Below are positions 27,594 through 34,928 of a stretch of DNA of 46,385 bases, piece by piece. Under the pieces are notes generated by a model. It did no database searches. It had not been told where the DNA came from and saw nothing but the letters and a program-made list of their open reading frames with translations. The translations under genes and the position numbers were made by a program. The stretch lies in the IMG/VR virus record IMGVR_UViG_3300031227_000091, positions 1-46,385 of that record. One strand, 5' to 3'. The DNA is from a virus. Its lineage: Duplodnaviria; Caudoviricetes. Numbering within the stretch: the first letter of the stretch is position 1; each line of letters starts with the position of its first letter.

Positions 27594-27916
27594 TATAATC
27601 GACCTTTGCCTCTACAATTCATGCATTCTACATCGCGACCCCAGCCATCTAAAACCGTTCCAGATGTATTACAATCTTTACAGGGATTAGTTGACCGTAT
27701 CCATTGTTCTTTTTTAGTATTTTCTTGCTTTAGTTTTCTAAGTTCTTCTTCAGCTCGTGATTCCACCGGACTTGATATACAATCGCTTCCAGTGGCCGTC
27801 CCGTAGTTTTCAAACGCACCCTCTATCCAATCAGTTACATTATCAATCTGTTTATCACTTGCAACTAATTCAGAATCGTCAAAAGCTTCCTTTATGCATT
27901 CTTTCCAGTAATTCAT
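27593..27916 (-). CDS. Zn-finger hypothetical protein
   Basis: CKDCNTSG...CMNCRGKG. Confidence 0.7.
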   Translation of the reverse strand: MNYWKECIKEAFDDSELVASDKQIDNVTDWIEGAFENYGTATGSDCISSPVESRAEEELRKLKQENTKKEQWIRSTNPCKDCNTSGTVLDGWGRDVECMNCRGKGRL

Positions 27917-27952
27917 ACTCCCTCCTAGATTTCAATTATTGAGTTAAAGTTT

Positions 27953-28744
27953 TCATATTGCGATTGCATCCTCGAATGATTCTAAAACTTTAGTATTTTT
28001 GCAATGATCGCATTGCTCACACCGCCGCAAGTCTTTTTCGTCAACTTCGCCAGCTTTAATTTTCAAAATAAACGGCTGGTATTCTTTAACGCTTTCTATT
28101 TCTTGATACATTCTATCCGTGCAGTCTTGATCTGAAAACTCGATAATCTTTATATCTGGTGTTTTCTCTTTGGTAACAGCACAAATAGCCATTACAAAGC
28201 CGTACTCGTATTTTTGCTCTATTGCCTCTTGGTATATGGCAAGTTGCAAAAAGTAGTTGTAAGCTTCGTAAAAAGGCACTTTCCGCTTATGTATATCACT
28301 CCATATTGCTTCAAAGCTTCGAGTTGTTTTTAAATCATAGCCAATACAAGCCTCCGTATTTATAAAGTCTGGCAGACACTTCCACTTAACGCCGTTAATA
28401 TCTGCAATCAATACTTGCTGTTTTAATCCCGTCATGCATGACATAAAAAGCCTATCTCTCTCTATTCGTGCAATCATTATATCGGCGTTTACAAATGGAG
28501 ATTTTAGTTTGTTGCTTTTGCCATATATTTCAGGGTGTTTTTCTTTCCACTCGTCAAACGTTCCGGCAAAATAAGCATCTACATAAGAACCTATTAACAG
28601 CGCATCAGTTACGGGGCGTTTATATTCGTGCGTAACGTACTGATGATAAGCCGAAAACTCGCACTTTTTAAAAGCCTTGAACTGTGAAACGCTCAAGTAC
28701 TCTTTGTCTGATTCTGGACTAAAATAATTATCAAGTGTTAGCAT
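27953..28744 (-). CDS. PD-(D/E)XK exonuclease, RecE/ExoVIII-like (DUF3799-like)
   Basis: YLSVSQFK, KCLPD, DLKTT, YFLQLAIY. Confidence 0.85.
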   Translation of the reverse strand: MLTLDNYFSPESDKEYLSVSQFKAFKKCEFSAYHQYVTHEYKRPVTDALLIGSYVDAYFAGTFDEWKEKHPEIYGKSNKLKSPFVNADIMIARIERDRLFMSCMTGLKQQVLIADINGVKWKCLPDFINTEACIGYDLKTTRSFEAIWSDIHKRKVPFYEAYNYFLQLAIYQEAIEQKYEYGFVMAICAVTKEKTPDIKIIEFSDQDCTDRMYQEIESVKEYQPFILKIKAGEVDEKDLRRCEQCDHCKNTKVLESFEDAIAI

Positions 28745-29465
28745 TTTTAGCCTCGCTTATTTTATCTTCAATTTTTCCATCTGTAATACATTTTTGTATA
28801 TCACCATATTGAGCATTTATTATTTCAGTTGAACTCTCAATTTTATATACCTTTTTCAAATATTCGGTTATTATTTCAGGAGTATAATTCATGCTTGAAA
28901 CTAACGCCCCTAGCTTTTGCCTATCTGCTGTAGATATTTTTTTAGTTTTCCATTCATTAATATCTTTTGCCTTTTTTTCGTCTGCAAATTCTTGTGTTAT
29001 TTGGCTTACATATTTGCAATCATCAAACTTGCCCTCAAATACATCAGAGTTAAAGCCTAATGCCGAAAGCCCCTTAGTTAATGCGTTAGTCTGCACCTTT
29101 TTGGTGTACTCGTCATCTATTTTAAGATAACCTGGTTTATCTTTGTAGCTTTGTGTCATGTAAGCAACTTTAACAACGGCGTTTATTGGCAGAATACCAA
29201 TTTCGTCATTATACTTATAAAACATGACAGCCTTATAAGACACAAGAGTTGTTTCACCAAATGAATTAAAAGTAAATGATTCCGATTCGGGTTCGATTCC
29301 CCAGCCTATGCCATAACAGCCAAATATTTCGGTTGCATTTTTTCGCTGGTGTTGCGGACTAATAGCGGTAATATTCATCGCCCCAATTTTAGCACCTTTA
29401 GTTATGATTGGGTCTGTTCTGCATACTGAGTTCCATAGTTTTAAGTTTGTCTTTTCTGTTGTCAT
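28731..29465 (-). CDS. Single-strand annealing protein (Rad52/Sak-like)
   Basis: ATEIFGCYGIGWG, KKVQTNALTKGLSALGFNSDVFEG; paired with exonuclease. Confidence 0.7.
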   Translation of the reverse strand: MTTEKTNLKLWNSVCRTDPIITKGAKIGAMNITAISPQHQRKNATEIFGCYGIGWGIEPESESFTFNSFGETTLVSYKAVMFYKYNDEIGILPINAVVKVAYMTQSYKDKPGYLKIDDEYTKKVQTNALTKGLSALGFNSDVFEGKFDDCKYVSQITQEFADEKKAKDINEWKTKKISTADRQKLGALVSSMNYTPEIITEYLKKVYKIESSTEIINAQYGDIQKCITDGKIEDKISEAKNANT

Positions 29466-29480
29466 AATCTTATCCTTTGG

Positions 29481-29801
29481 TTAAAATTCTATTACTTGGT
29501 CTTTAAAGCGGTTGTATATTAAATCCTTGTTTTCGTCGGTAAGCTTTAACTGTTGAAGTTCCTGCTCACATAGACCGTTGACTATCGGCTCTATCTTATC
29601 AAAAGCGGGGTCAAGTTCGAGAGACTCATCGGGGCAGTCCCAAGCTATAAATAGTTTAACGTCGTTATTCATGGTAATTGTTACAATTAGATCGCTGCCG
29701 TCAATGCTTATTCTAAAGTTCCGCCCAAGCGAAATATAGGACTCCTCCAACTTGTAATCTCCGGCGTTAATCTTTGACGTGATGTAATCTTGGATTTTCA
29801 T
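29481..29801 (-). CDS. Hypothetical protein
   Basis: ORF string. Confidence 0.65.
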   Translation of the reverse strand: MKIQDYITSKINAGDYKLEESYISLGRNFRISIDGSDLIVTITMNNDVKLFIAWDCPDESLELDPAFDKIEPIVNGLCEQELQQLKLTDENKDLIYNRFKDQVIEF

Positions 29802-29804
29802 TGG

Positions 29805-30008
29805 CTAGATCCTTTTTATGCCAGTTTGAAACAAATGTAAACATTGTATGTTGTCAACTCTGTAATGTTCATTTATATTAGCAAAATAAAATCTGTAATT
29901 TCTATATTTCCAACGTCTGCCAAATTTATCAGAAAAGAAACAATCATCGTTGCTAACCATGTCAACTAAAAATTCTGATACCGTATTGTAGATTATATAT
30001 TCTGTCAT
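29805..30008 (-). CDS. Hypothetical protein
   Basis: ORF string. Confidence 0.6.
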   Translation of the reverse strand: MTEYIIYNTVSEFLVDMVSNDDCFFSDKFGRRWKYRNYRFYFANINEHYRVDNIQCLHLFQTGIKRI

Positions 30009-30109
30009 TTCTTCACCGCCTTTTTTTCTTTATGAATAATGCTAAATTTTGTCTAATGATTTTGATTTCTTTTCCGCTAAATTTAATATTAAATATTGTT
30101 TTCATTTCT

Positions 30110-30313
30110 TCACCTCGCCAGCCCGAAGCCGTCTAGCCACTTGCCGTCTTTCATTACGCCGTATCGTGCGTTTTCTTCTCTTTGAGATTGCTTTCCGGCA
30201 TCGAAGCCCTCGCCGTATTCTTTGGTAAGTTGGTTTTCTTTGTTTATTAGTATTGTTGCGAGTATTGCAATTATTGCGAGTAATACTAAAATTATTGCTA
30301 TTGTACCTCTCAT
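30110..30313 (-). CDS. Small membrane protein
   Basis: N-terminal TM, ATGA overlap. Confidence 0.65.
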   Translation of the reverse strand: MRGTIAIILVLLAIIAILATILINKENQLTKEYGEGFDAGKQSQREENARYGVMKDGKWLDGFGLAR

Positions 30314-30654
30314 TTTTTAGCTCCATATGTAAGTTTTAACCGTTCATATTCTGCCCGCTCCGCAAGTTCTTTGGCTTTTTTGCCCTTGTCGTCGTATATT
30401 CGATTAAGCATTTTATTGATTGCCTTAGATTGCTTTTGGGTAAATATGAGTTCCATGAAACACTCGCCCGTGCTGTTATATGGTTCACCTTTGCCGGTGC
30501 AATTCCACAGACAAAATTCATATCCGCCAATCTCAATTTTGAGCCAGACGGTGTCATCGCTTGATTTCCTCCAGTTTTTTACTTTAAACTCCTCATTAAG
30601 TATCTTTTCTACGAAGTAATCATTAATTTCCTTGATTGATTTTTTAATATTCAT
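30310..30654 (-). CDS. Hypothetical protein
   Basis: Start MNIKKS after GGAGG RBS. Confidence 0.65.
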   Translation of the reverse strand: MNIKKSIKEINDYFVEKILNEEFKVKNWRKSSDDTVWLKIEIGGYEFCLWNCTGKGEPYNSTGECFMELIFTQKQSKAINKMLNRIYDDKGKKAKELAERAEYERLKLTYGAKK

Positions 30655-30760
30655 TTCCCAGCCTCCACGTTTCCTATCATTTCCCGAAATCTCCTTGTCC
30701 CCGTGAGATAAAAGACGACAAAGGACGCCCATGCGATAAAACAAATTGCGTATAGGGTTT

Positions 30761-30946
30761 TCATTGTTTTTTTGCCTCCTTTAACATTGATTCCAATTTT
30801 GCAGCGGTGTAGACTATTTCGCTTTCCAGTATTCCTATTTGGTGTAGTTTGTTAGTGCCGCCGTGTTCTAATGCCTTGTCTCTTGCCCTTGCTGGCACTT
30901 CACGCAACCGCTTTACGAGTTTGCCTATTTCAAAATTGATGTTCAT
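30761..30946 (-). CDS. Hypothetical protein
   Basis: ORF with RBS. Confidence 0.6.
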   Translation of the reverse strand: MNINFEIGKLVKRLREVPARARDKALEHGGTNKLHQIGILESEIVYTAAKLESMLKEAKKQ

Positions 30947-30965
30947 AATTACCTATCTCCCTTGT

Positions 30966-31117
30966 TTAATCGATTAATTTTTTGCTCCAGCAATTAGTCC
31001 AGCAACGACTATCTGTTGCTTCTTTAGCTTTTTTCTGACACTCCTTGATGGTTGAACTTTAATTACAACACTATCTTCATTACCGTCTATTCCTGTTCCG
31101 TGTATTTCAAATCTCAT
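30966..31117 (-). pseudogene. Small gene with probable single-base deletion
   Basis: MRFEIHGTGIDGNEDSVVIK then -1 frame STIKECQKKAKEATDSRCWTNCWS; the unshifted frame also gives 47 aa. Confidence 0.4.
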
Positions 31118-31154
31118 AATCTCCATTCCCTTGTTAAAATTGTTTACTTAAGTT

Positions 31155-31228
31155 AAAAAAGCGGGCGGCGGTTATTCGCTGAGGAGTAATTGAAGAGGAG
31201 AAAATTGTAGGAATTTCCACCACCCGCT
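31155..31228 (-). ncRNA. Hairpin sRNA A4 with C/U-rich anti-Shine-Dalgarno loop and U6 tail
   Basis: AGCGGGTGGTGG/CCGCCGCCCGCT; loop has TTCCT, CTCCTC, CTCCTC. Confidence 0.65.
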
Positions 31229-31236
31229 AAAGTTAA

Positions 31237-31336
31237 TAGTGAGTTAATATTATTGCAGGACTCGAACCTACACTTGACTTCCGCCCGTTCTCCTAGTCGC
31301 CATGAACCGACCATTAAACTATCAACTAACTCACTA
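31237..31336 (-). ncRNA. tRNA-like RNA A3 (D and T arms; anticodon arm reduced to GNRA tetraloop)
   Basis: 12-bp outer stem; TAGTTTAATGG...AGAAC; GGC-GGAA-GTC; GTAGG-TTCGAGT-CCTGC. Confidence 0.75.
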
Positions 31337-31346
31337 AAATATAGAA

Positions 31347-31523
31347 TAAACAAGCAATCTGTCGCATTTTCCTCCAATCTCCTGTTCCTTATAATGAATT
31401 TTGCAAAATTCTTTATATATCTACATCAGAAGGCAATTGCCAAGTATCTCTATTTGTTTATTGCTAGCCATCCACAAATAGGGCGACGACAACTTTTGAT
31501 AAGTCATGGGTCATGCTTGTTTA
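31347..31523 (-). ncRNA. Multibranch structured RNA A2
   Basis: TAAACAAGCA/TGCTTGTTTA closing stem and several inner stems; flanked by a repeated 13-nt linker. Confidence 0.55.
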
Positions 31524-31533
31524 AAATATAGAA

Positions 31534-31648
31534 TAGATTGCGGACGGCAGGGATTTGAACCCTACATGAGAAATATTCTCGGGTACGTTTGCAACCGTTC
31601 TTCTCACAACCCACGTACGCCTACCCATTCCGCCACGCCCGCAATCTA
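31534..31648 (-). ncRNA. tRNA-like RNA A1 (Leu-type with variable arm; non-canonical extended anticodon arm)
   Basis: GCGGGCG/CGTCCGC+A inside a 13-bp stem; TGGCGGAATGGGTAGGCGT; GAGAA/TTCTC variable arm; GTAGGG-TTCAAAT-CCCTGC. Confidence 0.75.
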
Positions 31649-31709
31649 AAATTTTCAATCAGCCATGCTTTTAAGGTGCAAGAAACCTTGTTAGTGTTAA
31701 TTGTTAGCT

Positions 31710-31943
31710 TTAATACTCTTGATTTGCTCCAACATATACAAATTTTGGCTTGTGATAACATGATAATGTTTTAAATACTCGCTGTCTTTTCCATGGCGGA
31801 ACATCATTAATATGAACTTCCTTTTTTTTGCATATTTCAGATTTTTTAAAACTAAAGCATTCTGTTGCTCCTCCGAGTCCGTGATTGTAATCATTACAAT
31901 AACAACCAGCACATAACATCTTTTTTTCGTCTTTTGGCATCAT
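31710..31943 (-). CDS. Small Cys-rich protein
   Basis: CAGCYCNDYN...ECFS; GGGAGAG RBS. Confidence 0.7.
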   Translation of the reverse strand: MMPKDEKKMLCAGCYCNDYNHGLGGATECFSFKKSEICKKKEVHINDVPPWKRQRVFKTLSCYHKPKFVYVGANQEY

Positions 31944-31969
31944 TCTCTCCCTTTGTTGATTATTAATTG

Positions 31970-32095
31970 TTAACTGTATAGCTCTACAAGCTTACGGATC
32001 AGATACAAGCCCAAGAGATAAGCCATTATGCCTAAGACTATAAGGCGAATAGAAAAATCAAACGTCTTCTTGAAGTTCTCCCATGAGCTTGTCAT
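31970..32095 (-). CDS. 41-aa single-TM peptide
   Basis: MTSSWENFKKTFDFSIRLIVLGIMAYLLGLYLIRKLVELYS; GAGGAG RBS. Confidence 0.65.
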   Translation of the reverse strand: MTSSWENFKKTFDFSIRLIVLGIMAYLLGLYLIRKLVELYS

Positions 32096-32111
32096 ATTAT
32101 CTCCTCGTTGA

Positions 32112-32870
32112 TTATTTTATATTCCACAATGCTTTAACTTGTTTTATTGCTTTGTTGTATTGTTTCCTATATTTATTTGTTTTATCTGGATATGATTCTT
32201 TTACTCGTTCAGAAAATTCTGATAACGAACTTTTAAAACATCCGCAGACTACAAATATTCTTCTTTTATTCTTGTAAAAAATTGTAGAAGCTGAACGACT
32301 ACCAATTAAATCACTATAATATATTTGCGGCATTGTCTTACAAGAGCTACAAGAGCGACAAGAGCTACAATCGCTACAATCGCTACAAGAGCTACAATCG
32401 CTACAAGAGCTACAAGAGCGACAAGAGCTACAATCGCTACAATCGCTACAATCGCTACAAGAGCTACAAGAGCTACAAGAGCTACAATCGCTACAAGAGC
32501 TACAAGAGCTACAAGAGCTACAAGAGCGACAAGAGCTACAAGAGCTACAAGAGCGACAAGAGCGACAATAGCTACAATAGCTACAATAGCTACAATAGCT
32601 ACAATCGCTACAAGAGCTACAAGAGCGACAAGAGCTACAAGAGCTACAAGAGCGACAAGAGCGACAATAGCTACAATAGCTACAATAGCTACAATAGCTA
32701 CAATCGCTACAATAGCTACAATAGCTACAATCGCTACAATCGCTACAATCGCTACAATAGCTACAATCGCTCATTGTCTTACTTAGCTCTTGCGCTCTTT
32801 CTTCCGTGTAACAATTGCAATTCCAAGTATTATTGTTTTCATCTGTCCATTTGTTATTAATTTTTTTCAT
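32112..32870 (-). CDS. Cys tripeptide-repeat protein with C-terminal IGSR...CGCF domain
   Basis: 48 x (S/R)xC; C-terminus resembles that of phage pentapeptide/hexapeptide-repeat proteins; GAGGAG RBS. Confidence 0.85.
   Translation of the reverse strand: MKKINNKWTDENNNTWNCNCYTEERAQELSKTMSDCSYCSDCSDCSDCSYCSYCSDCSYCSYCSYCSYCRSCRSCSSCSSCRSCSSCSDCSYCSYCSYCSYCRSCRSCSSCSSCRSCSSCSSCSSCSDCSSCSSCSSCSDCSDCSDCSSCRSCSSCSDCSSCSDCSDCSSCRSCSSCKTMPQIYYSDLIGSRSASTIFYKNKRRIFVVCGCFKSSLSEFSERVKESYPDKTNKYRKQYNKAIKQVKALWNIK
32340..32771. repeat. 9-bp tandem repeat, 48 units of four types
   Basis: Minus-strand units AGCGATTGT, AGCTATTGT, AGCTCTTGT, CGCTCTTGT. Confidence 0.95.
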
Positions 32871-32937
32871 ATTCTCCTCGTTGTGGTTTCTTGTTATGTG
32901 ATTTAACTGGTTTCGTAATTTACGTAATATTTAAAAC

Positions 32938-32959
32938 AAAAAAGGGGAAGTACCCCTTT
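32938..32959 (-). terminator. Intrinsic terminator after the RHH gene
   Basis: AAAGGGG/CCCCTTT hairpin with U-run. Confidence 0.65.
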
Positions 32960-32967
32960 AATAAAGA

Positions 32968-33123
32968 TTAAGAGCGTATTCCCTTTAGTATAAGCTCTGT
33001 AAAAATTCGTCTTTTAGAGATTCCTGTTTCTGCTTTTTTCTGCTCAATATAAGCACGGATTTTATCAGAATGTTCAGGCTCGACTTGCCCTGTGTATGGG
33101 GCTTTTGTTTTTTCTTTTGACAT
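32968..33123 (-). CDS. 51-aa ribbon-helix-helix-like regulator (Cro/Arc position)
   Basis: MSKEKTKAPYTGQVEPEHSDKIRAYIEQKKAETGISKRRIFTELILKGIRS; AGGAG RBS; divergent from HTH gene; missing from ORF track. Confidence 0.65.
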   Translation of the reverse strand: MSKEKTKAPYTGQVEPEHSDKIRAYIEQKKAETGISKRRIFTELILKGIRS

Positions 33124-33159
33124 TTGTTTGTCTCCTATAATGGTTTGTACATACTATCT

Positions 33160-33265
33160 ATTATATTACGTTAATTACGTTTTGCAAGCTTTAAATTAAA
33201 AAAAAGTGAAAAAAATTAAAATTAATTACGTTTTGACTTGCTTTTTGTCAAAATACACTTATACT
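33160..33265. promoter_or_regulatory. Divergent promoters with TTACGTT boxes
   Basis: Leftward TTGCAA-16-TATAAT; rightward TTGCTT-16-TATACT; TTACGTT at 33166, 33175, 33226. Confidence 0.6.
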
Positions 33266-33301
33266 AATATCATAACCTACAAAACAATATAAGGAATATG
33301 T

Positions 33302-33625
33302 ATGAATCGTCATGTGAAATTAATTTTTGATTTTATGGTAAAAAACAACTTGACTCAATATAAAATGGCTCACCGATTAGAAATAACGCCAGCATCATTA
33401 AGCAGATGGCTAACTGATTCAACGGGCATTACCGCAAAAAATCAAAAAAGAATTGAATTTATTTGTGGCGATCATCCTGTTTTAGCTATTACTGATAAAA
33501 TTATTGAAAAGCTCAAGCTATTATCAGAAGAAGATCAATGGAAAGCCTACGATTATTTAATTAAGAACTTCAGTGAGGGCAAAAGAACCCCCGGCAAAGA
33601 TGACAGCGATAGCGATAGTACATAA
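33302..33625 (+). CDS. XRE-family HTH repressor-like protein
   Basis: LTQYKMAHRLEITPASLSRWL HTH; no peptidase domain. Confidence 0.8.
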   Translation: MNRHVKLIFDFMVKNNLTQYKMAHRLEITPASLSRWLTDSTGITAKNQKRIEFICGDHPVLAITDKIIEKLKLLSEEDQWKAYDYLIKNFSEGKRTPGKDDSDSDST

Positions 33626-33752
33626 TATATCCTCCTCTATGAGTTTATATATAAAGCATAATGATTATAAAAAGAAAAAGCAAGTCTTTTATTAAAAATA
33701 GTTTAGCTTGAGGCTAACATCGGTTATAATTTAATACCAAAAAGGAGGCAAT

Positions 33753-34813
33753 ATGAATGAAGACACAATGAAATGTATAGAATTCAATAAGAGAAAGAAG
33801 TTGAATGACAAAGACACTCTTATTATAGCTAAACAATGGATGAATGTATTTGGCAATCGAAAAGAGAAGCACACCAATAAAAACCATGCTCATTTGCAGG
33901 GAATACTTCGAGGCGAAATAGAGCAATGGTTAATTGACGGTATTAGTGATGATCTACGGGAGTGGCTTAATGATAACTACCCGCAACTATTAGAAATATA
34001 ACTAAAGGAGGCAGGATGGGTTGGTCATGTGATATAACGTGTGTTAAGGATATTTTAGAAAAAGATATTGACACAATACTAAATGAAATGCCAGACGGCT
34101 TAGGGCTGGAAGAACGTGGCGGAAAACAAGGCTGGGGCTGGATATGCGCCTGCGATGTCTGGAAACCAGTAGAAAACAAAATAAGAGTATCTGGGTCATA
34201 TAGTTGTTCTGGCAAAATAATGAAACCTTTTGTCAGAAAATTCAAGAGATTACTTAAAAAACATAATTATAACGCCAAACACAGATGGTGTTATTAGCAT
34301 TCAAACGAATTAACAAGGATGGGAGGTTTAGGGATGGGAATAGATATATATGGAGCAATAGAAAGAGTTGTCGATGAGTTTGGAAACAATGCTTATATAC
34401 GAATAACAAAAAGGGCTTTATTTATAGAGATAATTCTATGTGCGTATAAATATAACGAGCATCATTACTCAAGTTTCGAAGTACGCAATACTAATCCTAA
34501 ATCAATGGTTTTTGAATTCACTTACAACTTTGAAAACGCAATAGTAATGTTAAAAAATAGAATTATTGAATACAGAATAGAAAATAACAAATGACTAACC
34601 ATAAAAAAGAACATGAACCGAATTAACAAGGATGGGATTATGGATAAAAAGCAGATAGAATATGCAGTTATAAAGAACGCAATCAATACTTTGGCTGTAG
34701 TTTGTACAGCAAATAAAGATAAAATAATAGATATACTCACAGGTTATCTATGGGACGAGGAGGAGGCAGGAGGTATTAAGCAATCAAGCGGAGAATTTAA
34801 AACTTCGATTTAA
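33753..34813 (+). other. Four small hypothetical genes (33753-34001, 34016-34297, 34319-34594, 34613-34813)
   Basis: Co-oriented ORFs with AGGAGG or AAGGATGGGA leaders. Confidence 0.65.
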
Positions 34814-34843
34814 AACTTTTTTCCACTTTTCTTTTAAAAAGGC

Positions 34844-34872
34844 TTGACAATCCTACGTTTGTAGGTTATTAT
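34844..34872 (+). promoter_or_regulatory. Sigma70 promoter with palindromic operator in spacer
   Basis: TTGACA-17-TATTAT; CCTAC-GTTT-GTAGG at 34852-34865. Confidence 0.75.
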
Positions 34873-34928
34873 ATAGTATAAGCAGGGAGAAAAGCTCTCA
34901 TGCAGCAACCTAACAAGGACGGTTTGAG

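Noticed and set aside
29283-29305. GGGTTCGATTCCC T-arm-like motif on the plus strand
   Set aside because: Inside the annealing-protein gene (antisense to WGIEPES); no acceptor or D-arm seen.
19880-31648. Calling the tRNA-like units functional decoding tRNAs or tmRNA
   Set aside because: No canonical anticodon loop in any unit; too short and lacking the Ala-type GGGG..CCCC/UCCA ends of tmRNA.
31153-31774. Track ORFs 31153-31377, 31253-31531, 31589-31774
   Set aside because: No convincing protein features; the region is better explained by the structured RNA array, though coding of 31153-31377 is not formally excluded.
32340-32771. CRISPR-like or DGR-like array
   Set aside because: No unique spacers, no cas or reverse transcriptase gene; it is a coding tandem repeat.
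32325-32860. Plus-strand ORFs of RAT/IAT and SYK/RYN repeats
   Set aside because: Shadows of the stop-free 9-bp repeat; the minus-strand gene has the RBS and a recognisable C-terminal domain.
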